Assembly: GCA_964016885.1 (NCBI GenBank)
Contig: OZ024745.1
Coordinates: 87,854,001-87,918,000, forward strand
DNA: 64,000 nt
DNA from: Eledone cirrhosa
Taxonomy: Eukaryota
Direction of reading: 5' to 3'
A model generated the notes under the pieces. That model was not told the origin of the DNA. It did no database searches and saw only the letters and a program-made list of their open reading frames with translations. Each line of letters opens with the position of its first letter. The first letter of the stretch is position 1. This document shows, one piece after another, positions 11,380 through 25,178 of the stretch. The translations under genes and the position numbers were made by a program.

Positions 11380-14300
11380 TCAGTCAACACTCTCATTATC
11401 AGTATTACCTGAGTCAAGGTTTTCATAAACTCTTTCCGCGTCATCTTCACACTGTGTGGTGCACAGGAAAAGGTCGGTGCACTGCAGATTCTTTGACATG
11501 CAGGAACATCTTTGTGAGGAACAATCTCCCTTGCACTGGCGTCTCACCATCTCAATGATGGCTTTAGGTGCTAGAGGATCATCAGTAGTGGTTGGCTTTA
11601 GTTGGCCATCATCTCCCTTGTAGTAGCCGTTCTGCAGTGGATCCAGCGGAACTTGCTGGAGAGTGCTTGCCTGGCCCCAAATTAGTGCTTGCACATGTAT
11701 CCTTAAGATGTGTTGCTTGAGGGCACCAACTGTAGGTGGTAACTTGTCACTCTCTGACATGTATTTACAGAACAGATACCATCGCAACTCTGGAATGCTT
11801 TTGATTTGGATTCCCTTTGGACTGTAGGCAGGAGACACAAAACTTTCCAAGCTGGTCAGAAGTTCTTCAGTCACTTCCGTATCATCAGACAGCTTTTTCA
11901 GAGCGTCAATGGTGTTATCGTCAGCTTCAAGGAAGATCTTGAACCATGTCGCCTTTCCTACTCTAGCAAAGCTTCCCGTATTATCGGCGCCAGAGAAGGC
12001 ATGGAATGCAGGTAAAGCCTTCGCCTTTGCCGGACCTAGAACGTCCCAGAATGGCTGGATCTTTAGAACACTTGATGCCATGGAGATGGAGGTGTGCCTA
12101 GGTAACAAATCGTCGTTGGCAATTACAAGAACCAGGACATATGTGTCAGGTGATAAAAAAGTTAGTTGCATATCTCTTGGGTTTCGCCTTGTTGAAGATA
12201 CTGCATCAGTGTGTCAGCTTCCTCGTGGTTGTTTTCACTGAAATGTTCCAAATCATTGTTGCTCCTGGTTTGGCCAGATGCTGAAGTGATGACAAGCTTG
12301 GGGGAATATTTGCTGTAGTACAGAGTCTTTTCTACCAAGTACTTGTTCAAATCAGCCTTCGTCTTTTCATGTGACAGGAATCTGCTCATGGTTATGTGCT
12401 TGATGCTCGTCTCATCTCTGACTTGATACTCGACTGGATCCTTCCCCTGGCGTCTCTTCTGCCTGGTTGCATTCTTCAAGGAATCGGTCTTATATGTGTC
12501 AAACACGAGAATTATTTCGCCAAAGTTCTGCGTGAGGTTCATCAGCCTTTCATAGAAACTTTGGCTTAGATCTCTCACTGTAACCATGGTAGCTGGTTTC
12601 TTAGTCAGCTTCTGAATAAGCACCATTCCATCTACCACAGCAACCCTCCTGTTGTGATTGAGATTGTCCTTTTCAGTGGCTTCATCTTGCAGTGAATCGC
12701 CTTGTGCTGTTTTCTCTGATGCTATCTGCTCAAGGTGATGAATGAGTTTGGACTTGTCAGTGCATGGCAACACTGACACATTTGGGGCAAAGAGTGCTCT
12801 TGGCGTCAAGGTGAACTCCTAATTGCTAATTGCTTCTTTCTGGTTCACGTCTCGGTCGGACCTGGCAAGAACCATAAGCCTGCCATACAAATCTTTGGTT
12901 TCCTTCATGTCAATGGCTTTGTCACGATTCTTTACAGCATGTCTCTTGTTGCCAGATGTGAACATCTCGTTGTTTTGTCTCTTCACTGGTGCCCAAAGGC
13001 TGACGTCCCCATTGATCCGTTCAGCAACATATTCCTCGTACAGCTTTTGTCCAGTGTTATCCATCTCCAAGATCTGCGTTACATGCTCATCTGGGATATA
13101 TACATGAGTTATCAAGTTGTAGAGTGTTTCCCCATCAGCAGCAAATGGATTGCCGTGAGTCAATATAGCACGCTTGATTTTGCCTACTGCTCCATGATCT
13201 CGCTTGATTGCAGCTGGAGATAGGTTATGATGCTCAAGAGCATGGCTTTCACCAACACCGAATTGGTCCTTAAACTCCTTTGGAAGGCAGGACATTTCCA
13301 TTTCAGGAGCTACCATGAAGAAGCGTTGCCTTGCATTTGGATTATTGGAAATTCCAATGAGACCAGCTTGAACTTTCATGAATTTGTTAAGATGTTCACA
13401 GGCATGGCCACCTCCAATGGATACGAACAGGATGGCATTCTTGGTGATGGATATATTGCCTTCTTCAAGTTCCCTCCATGTGTCAGGGTGGTTGGTCTTC
13501 AATGCGTGCATATATGCTATGTAACCTGTCCATTGAGAAGAACAGCTTGCTCAGTGCTTCTCCAGCTTCAATATGAAGATGAAGATCAGCATTACGCGAT
13601 GCCACTACAAAGTACAGAACTGTCTCTACCCGATGCATATAGTTCATCAATGATCTGAACATGGCATTCTTAGACGTCTCTGCTTCCCAGTCTTGCAGTT
13701 TCTTGATCACATCATACTCTGCTAAGACTTGCTGGAGATAAGCATTTGCATGCTTCACAGACTCAGCCTTAGTGCCTTTGTTCTGAACCGCCTCTTCTAC
13801 TTGAATCGTTGCTTCTAGACACAGATATTTCAGATGAGGATTGTCCTCTAGGAACTGCTCCAATGCCAGTTCATAAAGTGCCATGTCGAAGGAAATGACA
13901 GTGAGGTCCTTGTCAGAAACTGCCAGCTATTTTAATTTGTTTGCTTGCATCATAACGGTTAGCAATGTTGGCCATTCATGCGCGACTTCTGGGAGCAAAG
14001 GTAGAGCTCCAACCTCAGTTAAGGGTAGGCTTGTGGGCAAAAGTGAGTTATAACATCCCCAGTCTGGAATTCGACTCGTGTCTCCATCGTTCATTCGGGA
14101 AACAGCGTAGGCAACGACTCATTCCAGATGTGTGAGCTGGTAGGTACTATCCACACCTTCTTTGTCAATGGCAAACTGAATCATCCTCTTCTCGGATTGT
14201 GTCTTCTGCTTTGGCTTCTCACAAGGAACTATAACTGTATGATATGGAGTTACAGAGAGACTCTGTGCATCAGTGATATTTAGGGGTGATGTAATTGATT

Positions 14301-15915
14301 CTCCAGGGGCATCAGTTTTCTGGTATACGGCAGTGGTAGTGCCATGGGTGGTACCTTTACCATCTGGTCTGTCCTCAGTGAAATCCGCATTGTCTACTGC
14401 GAAGAAAACAAAAGTGCCTTTCTTGAGGAATGGTGGCACATACAGCCCTTGGAACTGTTTGGTGTTCTCCACTACAGCATTGGCAACGGTTGTTTCCATC
14501 ATTAGCGTACGGCTGTATGAAACAGTAATCTTGGGCGTTGAGGAGATTAACGAGCATCTTATATTTTGTCTTTTGATGGATGCTCAGCGCCAATCTCACA
14601 ACTTGGGGATTTTCTCTAACATGCTGCGACCGAAAGCCAGCATGCTCAGTTTTGGGCTCGTATGTGATTTGTCTCTTAGACTTGAATCGAAACATCAGAT
14701 TCTGACTCAATGTAAGGGCAGCTCTGTCCACAGCATGTGTTCGAACTTCAGTCTCCAGTTCATTTGCAGGCCCTGCCATGATCCAGCGAATAAGTCTATA
14801 GAGTTACACTGGCACATCTATTTTGCTGGAAACTGGGATTGAAATTTGTGGCGGTTGTCTTTTGGTAAAATGTTCAATGCTGTGGCGAACAAGCTGTGCT
14901 GACCTATAGAGATTCTTTATGTTGTCTGTGTCATCAGAAGTGATGGCAGAGTGAACCATTTTAACCTCACAGGCATCAGGGAAATACAACACAGCTGACT
15001 TTCGCCTATTGCTTTGCAGAACGGACACCTGGTAATTCTGTTAATATTTTGTCTTGCAGCCATTTTCTGGTATAGAAAGGTCTGTGATTTGGCAAAGCCT
15101 CTGCTCCTCCTAGCATGTTTAAATAGGTATTCTTATGTTTGCCATGGGAAGATATGCGCCATCTGTAATTTGCACGTCGATAATGTTCACTAATTCAATG
15201 AAACTAGCTGTTTGTGTTGACACCCACTCACTTTGTTTGCTTTGTTTGCGATAGCTTTATCTCTCAGAACATGGAACATATTTCTTGTCCAACACTGTTT
15301 ATGATATTTGATATCAACAGCGTGGGCATCCCCTTCGGAGATGCAAGATGCCATTCTTGTTTTTAGTTCTGGATTAGGAGAGATATCCACAGCTTTTTTT
15401 AGAGCTTGGCCCGCATTGGCAGTTCTTACTTCAAACAACTGTTGGTCACTAAACGTTTGACAAAAAAAGCACAAATCGTTTTCCAGTGGGTTTGTTGCTG
15501 ACCGTGTAAACGGCCCTAAGATTGCGGCAGAGGTTGATGGCTCACTCCTGTCAAAGCTTGAAGGGCGTCCTCGCTTTCTGCGGATATGTGATCCAGTAGA
15601 CAAAGACCGTTGGTGACGGTCTCTTGCTCGTTGCATTTTGACTTTACTGGTGGCATTGGAGTAGCACGTGCGATGCCAAAAAGCCTTATATCTCTGCAAA
15701 GTTTCTGTTGTGCAGTCTTCTAGCCTCTTTGAATTTTGACAAATTCGCCATCATGCAGTAATGCTCGCTCCTTCACTGCAGCTAACAACCTATGGTATGA
15801 ATATAATTTTGGTTGTAACACAAACTGGCCTGCATCTTATACAAAATACACTGTTTTCAGTCTCTTGTTGCTGTCTACCAAGTCGTGGTAACGTTGCTGT
15901 GACCACGTTGTTCAT
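11380..15915 (-). pseudogene. Academ-like transposase / XPG-type nuclease / Cys-rich protein, frameshifted
   Basis: Consecutive ORFs 15190..15699, 14119..14779, 13483..13884, 12819..13511, 12162..12809 and 11380..12171. Motifs FAVDNADF..GKGTTHGT, VVDGMVLI, ILVFDTY, HEEADT, SPDTYV, FHAFSGAD, LPPT..AL.QH and C-terminal CKGDCSSQRCSC..CTD. Confidence 0.75.
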
Positions 15916-15962
15916 TAGTCTGAAAAATTATAAACACTAATGAAGTAATTACATGGCATTTG

Positions 15963-16016
<54 letters not shown>

Positions 16017-16835
16017 TTTATCATTATTATTATTGTTATTATTAGCCACTAAGATTAGAAGCCCAGTTGGTTAGAATTTGAGATACTGTTGAAAAAGGTT
16101 ATCAGTAGTCACCATTTTGAACACCTTGAAAAAAATGGCAATATTGGTCTTTGGATTCAGTATGTCCTAAAGCTTTCGAAAATGTATAGTTTTGCTAATC
16201 TCTAAGAAATCTGAAGGAAAGTACCAATCGTTACATTATGAACTTGACTATAAACAGAATTTCCAGATAGATTAAGTTGCATTAAAGAATATACGATTAC
16301 ATTGTTGTAGTGCTGCACCTTCGCCAGTATATTTTACCCTGCAAATGCATTGATTATTGCAAAACAGAACGTTTATTTTCAAATGATACTAAAGAAAATT
16401 AAAAGACATAACATTTCAGCACTAATATGCGTTTAATGATTCATACATTTTTATTTGTTTTAAAAATGTCACTATTCAAAATATGTTGCAATCTTTGAAA
16501 TTGTTTGACTTAAATATTTACACTTCTGGTCAATGTGAACTATTTAAAATATAGAATTATTCAAGTTAACAAAAAGAAAAACAAATATATGAACAACAAT
16601 AACAATATTATTTATAGCATAAAAATAAAGATTTTCACGTTGGTACAAAGAAGGCATTCACAATCTGTAGAGCAACGGTATAACTAAATAACGTCGGCCC
16701 CAGAACGTGCCTGGTAGGCAAATTAAAAAAAAGCAAACTGGATCCTATCGGGATTTAGACGTAGAAGGACGCAACAAAATACTGCTTATACGTGATTCCG
16801 TTTCTGATATTCAACGGAAGTTCATTGTATTAACG

Positions 16836-16904
<69 letters not shown>

Positions 16905-17628
16905 GATGCAGGCCATTATGCCGTGTATGTAAAACACAACCAGAGACCATTGACCATATAATTTCAATGTGCAATCCTATAGCTCCAACCGAATACCTAA
17001 ACAGGCATGACAGAGCTGCACAATACATACATTGGATAATGTGTAAGCATTTTGACCTGCCCCATCAAAAGAATTGGTGGGAGCATCAACCACCTTCCAT
17101 ACTTGAAAAAGATCACATCTCAATCTTGTGGAACTTTAGCATCCAAACAGACCGAAAAATAGATGCAAATAGACCTGATATAATATTGAAGGACTTTAAA
17201 AAGAGGGTATGCCTGCTAATTGATATGTCCGTTCCAATAGACAAGAATGTATCTATAAAAACATTTGAAAAATTGAGCAAGTATAAGGACCTGGAGATAG
17301 AAATTGGAAAAATGTGGAAATTGAGAACTAAAACAATACCAGTGGTTGTAGGCGCTCTAGGAATGATACCTAAGGGGTCTAATGATTACTTATCGCAAAT
17401 ACCAGGAAACCCGCGTATAGGAGAAATACAAAAGATAGTACTAATGGGAACTGCCCATATACTAAGGAAGATTCTGTCAATATAAGTACATCACAAGTCT
17501 AAACACTAAAGATGCATGTGTGAGTAGGTATGTTCTTTTTTGAACATGGCGGACCTTGTTGTCTCTTAAGGTCACTGGTTGTGACTTGGTTATAACTCGT
17601 ATGAACATAAAGCAAGATAAATGCAGCT

Positions 17629-17630
<2 letters not shown>
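16905..17630 (+). mobile_element. 3' fragment of R4/Dong-like RLE non-LTR retrotransposon
   Basis: Zinc knuckle CRVC..ETIDHIISMC, RHD, RPDII, LIDMS, EKLSKYKDL (ORF 16967..17485); embedded in (AAT)n. Confidence 0.85.
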
Positions 17631-17659
<29 letters not shown>

Positions 17660-17667
<8 letters not shown>

Positions 17668-18115
17668 TTGAAGGACTTTAAAAAGAGGGTATGCCTGCTA
17701 ATTGATATGTCCGTTCCAATAGACAAGAATGTATCTATAAAAACATTTGAAAAATTGAGCAAGTTTAAGGACCTGGAGATAGAAATTGGAAAAATGTAGA
17801 AATTGAGAACTAAAACAATACCAGTGGTTGTAGGCGCTCTAGGAATGATACCTAAGGGGTCTAATGATTACTTATCGCAAATACCAGGAAACCCGCGTAT
17901 AGGAGAAATACAAAAGATAGTATTAATGGGAACTGCCCATATAATAAGGAAGATTCTGTCAATATAAGTACATCGCAAGTCTAAACACCTAAAAATGCAT
18001 GTGTGAGTATGTATGTTCTTTCTTGAACATGGCGGATCTTGTTTTCTCTTGAGGTCACTGGTTGTGACTTGGTGATAACTCGTATGAACATAAAGCAAGA
18101 TAAATGCAGCTTTAA
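17660..18115 (+). mobile_element. Tandem partial duplicate of the RLE 3' fragment
   Basis: Near-identical to 17180-17630 with a few substitutions and an in-frame stop; ends in (AAT)n. Confidence 0.9.
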
Positions 18116-18539
18116 TAATAATAATAATAATAATAATAATTGTATTAACGATAAAAATAATAATAATAAGGGAAGAAAACGCACATGGTTGGCTATATAT
18201 CGTTATGGATTCGCTCCCGTAAGTTTTTGATTTTTACTTATTTAAAACAACTGTGATAGAATAATTCTTATTACAAATGAAGTATAAGATTACAGTTTTG
18301 ACGATCAGCAAGCGTCAACGCATCACATTACGGCATAGGGCCCCAATATTTAATATTTAATTTTGGATCAGAAATGTTATAGTCGAAAAAGAGAAAAATG
18401 GCTAAGTGGACAGGAAGGCAAATAATTTCACCACCAACACCACCACCGCCATCATCACCACTACCACGCCAAAAACTCTAGTTACCTCAACTTCTATTTC
18501 TACTTCAACTTCAACACCAACACTACAGTACTACACTCA

Positions 18540-18682
18540 CATCACCACCACCACTGCCTCATTATCGCTACCGCCGCTATTCTCTCCCACTACCTCCTGC
18601 TAAGTACTACTAGTACAGCACCACCACCACCACTGCCTCATTATCGTTACCGTCGCTATTCTCTCCCACTACCTCTTGCTAA
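18540..18682. repeat. Short tandem duplication in ACC-rich low-complexity DNA
   Basis: caccaccaccactgcctcattatcg..attctctcccactacctc occurs twice. Confidence 0.75.
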
Positions 18683-18959
18683 GACAGGTATCGTAGTATT
18701 CCCACTAAATGAGGAAGGCACCAAAAGATATAAATAGACTAATTTGATGACCCTGTCAAAAAATCAAAAGACAAAAATCAAAATCAAAACAGCACAGCAG
18801 CAACAAAAAACGTAAAGAAAAGAAAAAAGAAAAGAAAAACAAACAAGAAAAAAAAAACTAAGTCAGACATTCAAACATTACATTAGAATGAAACTTATGG
18901 TTATTTTTTTTGTGGGGGGGGGGGGGGGGGGGGGTACCTATTTGATTGTTTATTTATGT

Positions 18960-21900
18960 TTATCTACAGCGTGATAGTGCCACACTAAAATCACCGGGGG
19001 GGGGGGGATGAAATCACCGGTGGTTATGTAACCATACATTCACCAATTCTCGATAAGAGTGTTTAAATGTCGAACCTAAACAGTTCGAATAACGGTGAAG
19101 TGGAGACTGGAATGTCATGTGACAGACTCTCACCCAGCAGGTGCTCCCTGGCTCAGCAGCAGGGACCTGGTTGTCAACCAAATACTGCTTGTGTTGGAGG
19201 AAGAAGAAGAAAGAAAGGAACCAGAACCAACTGGACGAAAGAATTGAATAGAACTGTTATGCAAAGTTACCTGAAGACTAACCTCAAGGAAAAAGGCTAT
19301 AGGAAACGGATGCATAACATCTGGAACGAGATTGGTCTATTTAATTTAGATGAACAAAAATTGGCCGGGCAGGCTCGGGTATTAAGAACTAATGGGTGGA
19401 TAAGCGAGCTGGAACTGGAGGAACTGAGCAGAGAGATTAGGTTGGAAATGGAGAGTGGAGTATGCCAGGCAAACGAGCCAGTGGGAAATGAAGGTGAAGA
19501 GGTTGAGGGAACGGAGGAACCATCCGAAGCAGAAAATGATCTGAATGCTGAAATAAATAATACCTGGAACAGAGATACGGCCATTGTAGAGATCAATGCT
19601 GACGGGCTAGGACAAGAGTTGGTTGATATCCTAAACTTAGTGGTAGATGAAATGAACAATGATAGTGTGAGACATATGAACCTAAGATTTGTAGACAGGA
19701 AAAAGTTAAAAGAAACAACAGCTAAGGTAAACAAAGTCATCCCATACCTTGAGGCGAGGAGCCTTCACCAGTGCAACAATATCCTCAAAGCAACAGCAAA
19801 TGCGGCGAGGAAACTACTTGGCATAAAAGCGAGAGGAAACAACAAACAAGAAAGATCAGATCATTGGTGGAAGAAACGACTGAATGGTCAAATCAGGGAA
19901 ATGAGAAATGACATTGGAAAGCTTGAGTCCCTACTGAATGGCACACTAAAAAACATAGACACTAAAAATAGACTGGAAATAAAGTACAAAACTAGGAGGA
20001 AAAAGCTAAATATTATCATAGAGGAACTGAAGCAACGCATTGTAGCAAAGAGTGCAAACATTAGACGATACGAGAGCAGAGTCAGTCAGTATAGACAGAA
20101 CCGCATGTTTGACAACAAACAGAAGATGTTGTTTGGAGAGCTTGAAGGGAAAGAAAGAGGCAACAACTTGATCCCTGAGGCGGAAAAAACTAAGACATTC
20201 TGGAGAGGAATATGGGAGCAGGATATTAAACATAATGACCAGACAGTGTGGATTGAGACAGTACAAAAGGAGATTAGTGAACAGGTACACCAACAAACTG
20301 ATTTGGGTATCACAGTTGAAACTCTTAAGGGACAGGCCAAAAAACTAACCAACTGGAAATCACCAGGCCCAGATGGTGTGCAGGGATATTGGATTAAAAA
20401 TATAACATCCCTCCACCCTAAACTGACAACCATGTTCAATGACTGCTTGATGTCAGGTGAGGTACCAGAGTGGTTGACAGAAGGTACCACAGTTCTGGTA
20501 ATGAAATACCGAATCAAGGGTAATGATGTTACCAACTATAGACCTATCACATGTCTGTCCGTAATGTGGAAACTGTTGACAAGCATTGTGTCTGAGGAAA
20601 TCTACCATCACCTGCACACAAACAACTTGTTACTGGACGAACAGAAAGGATGCCGAAAGAAGTCCCGTGGTACAAAGGACCAGTTACTTATTGATAAGAT
20701 GGTAATGAGGAATTGCAAGAGGAGACACACTGGTCTTGCCATGGGATGGATAGACTATAAAAAGACATTTGACATGGTGCCTCATTCTTGGATCACCAAA
20801 AGCCTAGAGATCTTCAGGGTGGTAGATAACATCAGACAGTTGTTGAGCAAAAGTATGAAGTCCTGGAAAACAGAGTTAACATCTACTGGAGAATCCTTGG
20901 GAGACGTGAAGATCAAGAGAGGTATCTTCCAGGGAGATAGTCTGTCCCCTCTGTTGATTGTCCTTGCCCTGATGCCCCTGACCATTATATTGCGAAAAGT
21001 GAGAGCAGGATAAAAGTTGGGAAAGGAAGAGATTACCATCAATCACCTCCTCTTCATGGACGATCTTAAGCTCTTCGGGAAGTGTGAAAAGGAGTTGGAT
21101 GTGCTTGTTGACACTGTCCGTATTTTCAGCAATGATATATGTATGCAATTTGGTATTAGTAAGTGTGGAGTCCTTGTGAGTAAAGGGGGTAAATAGAGCA
21201 GAAGCAACGGAATCCAGGTACCAACAGGTGAGATGATAAATGAAATTGACACTGAAGAAGAATACAAGTATTTGGGTGTTCTGGAGGCTGATGACATCAA
21301 GAACAAAAAAATGAAAGAATTGATACATTCGGAGAATAAGGAGCGTATTAAAGTCACAACTGAACAGTAGGAATGCCATAAGTGCAGTAAATTCAAGAGA
21401 TGTGTCTATTATTAGGTACAGTGCGGGAATTCTGAGATGGAATGTTGCTGAACAAAAAGAAATGGATAGGACGACTAGGAAGCTATTGACTATCTACAAA
21501 ATGTTCCACAAGAGGAGTGATGTCGATAGACTCTACTGAAGGAGATCTGAAGGTGGAAGATTTCTTATCAGCATAGAGGACTGTGTTCAGATGAAAAAAA
21601 ACAACCTACACAAATACGTGACCGATAGTAAGGAGCCAATGCTCAGAATTGTACTGAAGGAGAGGACAATAGACCAGGAAATGTCCAAGGAGGAAATAAG
21701 AACAAGGAGAAAGAGCAGCCTTCAGGAAAAATCCCTTCATAGTACCTTCTTGAGAAAACGGAATTCAGAGATCCACAGACATGGAACTGGTTGAAAAGAG
21801 GAGACCTTAAAAAGGCTACAGAAGGAATGCTAATGGCTGCGCAAGAGAAGGCTTTCAAAACGAAGTGGCTGAAACACCATATTTACAAGGCGGAGGCTAG

Positions 21901-22580
21901 CCCACTGTGCAGAATCTGTGGAGAGAGAGAGAGGTGACTGTGACTCACATTGTATCCGAGTGTAAACACCTAGCCCAGACTCACTATAAAGGCTGGAGAC
22001 ATGATGTGATGGGCAGGGTGATCCACTGGCACCTATGCAAAGTAAACAATTTACCACATTCTGAGAAGTGGTATGAGCATAAGCCAGAGTCGGTGATAGG
22101 AAACGATCAGGTGAAGGTGCTGTGGGATTTTAGGATACAGACGGACAAGAAACTGGAACACAATATACCTGACCTGGTGGTTTTGGACAAGGGAAAAAGA
22201 TCGTGCCTGATTGTGGATATTAGCCTGCCCATTCGACACGAGAGTGCAAGAGAATGAGAGGGATAAAATTAACGGATACCAGGACTTAAAGTGGGAGGTA
22301 AAAAGGATTTGGAACTGCCATGAGGTCAAAGTGGTCCCGATTGTCATAGGCGCACAAGGTACTATCTCAAATTGTTTCCAAGGATGGTTAAAGAAAATTG
22401 GTCCCACCCCGCTTTTTGGAACACTTCAAAATGCAGACTTGCTGGGAACAGCAAGAACCCTCCGATACGTCCTGAATATCTGAGGCTGCAGGTGGAGGCT
22501 TGATATTCATTTCAACAAACTTTCCAGTTAAATAACATCAATGACTGAGACTCAAAGATTAATAATAATAATAATAATAA
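18960..22580 (+). mobile_element. Near-full-length R4/Dong-like non-LTR retrotransposon (RT + CCHC + restriction-like endonuclease)
   Basis: Single long ORF 19067-22483 broken by stops and frameshifts; short 3' UTR and (AAT)n tail; 5' boundary approximate. Confidence 0.85.
19067..22483 (+). pseudogene. RT-RLE polyprotein, disrupted
   Basis: KSPGPDG, NYRPITCL, WIDYKKTFD, GIFQGDSLSP, HLLFMDD (after TAA at 21011-13), KYLG, CRIC..VTHIVSEC, RHD, PDLVV, DK..Y.DL. Confidence 0.9.
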
Positions 22581-22767
22581 TTGTTTCTACATTTGGCACA
22601 AGGCCAGCAATTACCCAGTACATTACTGGTACTTTATTTTATCGACCCCGTAAGGATGAAAGGAAAAGTTAACCGCGACGGGATTTGAACTCAGACTGTA
22701 ATGGGACGTAACTATGTTGGAAAGCATGGCGCCCGACCCTCTACCGATACTGCCAATTCACGGCCCT

Positions 22768-22770
<3 letters not shown>
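22580..22770 (-). mobile_element. tRNA-derived SINE
   Basis: Reverse complement of the 4808 family, flanked by (AAT)n. Confidence 0.85.
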
Positions 22771-22822
<52 letters not shown>

Positions 22823-22824
<2 letters not shown>

Positions 22825-23672
22825 GCTTTCTTTATTAACCACAAGGGTTTACATAAAGTAGACATTAAGGACAGTGCAGGACGGTACAAATGGGCATTTC
22901 TGCGTGTAAAAAACAAAAACAGACTACGTAACAAAAAAATAACAATGAAAAATTCCCCAATACGGGGGAGAGTTCCGAGGACATTCGTGGAGAAAGCCCA
23001 TTAAAAAGCCACAGTGACCCTGACCACCAGGGCAAGTGCCCTCTCCCAGTTTTCCACCTTTAATTTACAGACACATACTCAGAGTAGGCCCATTCACTCA
23101 GGCCATTCTTGCCTCTCTCACCCATCTTTCAACAAAATGCTGGGAAGAGAGCACTTAACTGTCTACCCTGATTTTCCTTTTCAAATGAAATTTGAAAAAG
23201 TTAATCAGGGCATCACCGAAGAGGTAAGTGCTCGTCTTCAGCCCTTTCAATCATGTCCCCCATACTATCTCTTTCACCATGGCCACCAGACAGATAAAAA
23301 CTGCCTGCCCTTCCCGGCTAAAGGAAGAGGGCGGGGCAATCCTCACGATGGACTCAGCTGATAGCTTGATCCGTCCTGCACGCGACAGCAGGTGTTCGAC
23401 ATAAACCCACAAGTCAGCAATGCTCGGTCACGAGTGCGTGCAGGACGGTTTCGTCGCCCTACGCGCATCTCGCCTGTAGAGTTCATCCCGAACTGGCAAT
23501 GCTCCTCGGTAGCACTGCCAGGCCAGGGATTTCTGGAAGTTGTCCATAGGCCCCGGCCTGAAAGTTCTTCCGAAGAGATTGGCTAGTTGATTTTCGTCGA
23601 CGCCTAGAGTTTCCCCAAGTACGTCGTCGCTCTTCCCCTCCACTAATCCTCTATAGAACGCCAAGGTGGAGT
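22823..23672 (-). mobile_element. L1/Tx1-like LINE 3' fragment
   Basis: Homologous to 58313-59200 (DDVLGETLGVDE..PGPMDNFQKSLAWQCYRGALPVRD). Confidence 0.75.
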
Positions 23673-25178
23673 TGTTTCTACTTTAGGCACAAGGCCAGCA
23701 AATATCCAGTACATTACTGGTACTTTATTTTATAGACTCCGTAAGGATGAAAGGCAAAGTTAACCTCGGCGCGATTTGAACTCAGACTGTAAAGGGACGT
23801 AACTATGCTAGAAAGCATGGCGTCCAACCCTCTACCGATACTGCCAATTCACAATAATAATAATAATGATTTCTAGTATAGGAACAAGGCCAGTAATTTG
23901 GGGGTGGGGAGGGGGAAAGTCGATTAACTCGACCCCAGTGCGGGACTGGTACTTTATTTTATCGACCCCGTTAGGATGAAAGGCAAAATTAATCCCGGCG
24001 GGATTTGAACTCAACAAAAACAACAATAATAATAATGATTTAGGCACAACGCCAGCAATTTGTGAGGTAGGAAGCCGATATAATCAACACCATACTTGAT
24101 TGGTATTTTATTTTATCGTCACCCAAAGATGAAAAGCAAAGTTGACCTCGGCAAGATTCGAAATCAGAACACTTACGGATGAAATTAAGTACCGTAAGAC
24201 ATCCCATCGCTGAAATGTTTTGCGTTCCAATCATTTCGTGTATTTTCATATCGATACAGGTTTGTACAATATGCAATGTATTACTGGTACTAGAGTGATA
24301 AATAACAACATTTATAACGTAAAGGGAGGTAAAGAAAGCGAGATGAAGATTTCTATCGTCACTCTCCAGTTTCCGACTCTCAGTGTTCATGATGGTGTTG
24401 ATGATGATAATGTTGATGATGATAATGTTAATGATTATGATGGTGATGATAATAATAATTATTATTATCATTAACATTATTATGATGATGATGATACTGA
24501 TAATAAACCAAAATGGCTGAAAGGTCAACCATATGATGGGAAGGAATAATCGATTAATTTGACTCGAATTCTTGACTGGTATTGTATTTGGAAACGATGA
24601 AAGGCAAGGCAAACACCGTTTGGAATTTGAATTCAGAGTGTAATGGGCCGTAAATAAACTGGATAATAATTCACCATTCATTTGTTTTTGCCTCTCAGTG
24701 ATTAGAGCAATAATAATAATAATAGTTTCTGATTTAGGCACAAGGCCAGAAATTTTGGAGAAGGGAAAAGCTAATTAAATCGATCCCAGTGCGTAGCTGG
24801 TACTTTATTTTATCGACCCCATAAGAATGAAAGGCAAAGCTAATTTCGACGGTATTTTTAACTGAGAACGTAAAGGGCCATAACTCTATGCCGCGATCCA
24901 GAGTATCCGGTGCTCTATCGATACTGCCAATTCACCATAATAATAATAATAATAATAATAAGGATTTCAACTATAGGCCAGCAATTACTATAGGCCAGCA
25001 ATTACTATAGGCCAGCAATAACCCAGTACATTACTGGTACTTTATTTTATCGACCCCGTAAGGATGAAAGGCAAAGTTAACCTCGGCGGGATTTGAACTC
25101 AGACCATAAAGGGCCGTAACTCTGTGCTGCAAAGCATGGCGTCCGACCCTCCACCGATACTGCCAATTCACCGCCCTA
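23672..25178 (-). mobile_element. Cluster of about six tRNA-derived SINE copies of varying age, separated by (AAT)n/(GAT)n
   Basis: Copies near 23672, 23868, 24040, 24500, 24723 and 24960, all in the same orientation. Confidence 0.8.

Larger units (their letters stand above)
10693..16250 (-). mobile_element. Academ-superfamily (XPG-nuclease type) DNA transposon, full span, decayed
   Basis: Imperfect TIRs of roughly 130 bp starting TAGTC and ending GACTA; TAA on both flanks (10690-92, 16251-53); internal frameshifted ORF with transposase-like, XPG/FEN1-like and Cys-rich parts. Confidence 0.8.

Noticed and set aside
18960-19066. HDV-like ribozyme at the 5' end of the RLE element
   Set aside because: Plausible by precedent, but I could not build the nested double pseudoknot by eye; a poly-G run obscures the region.
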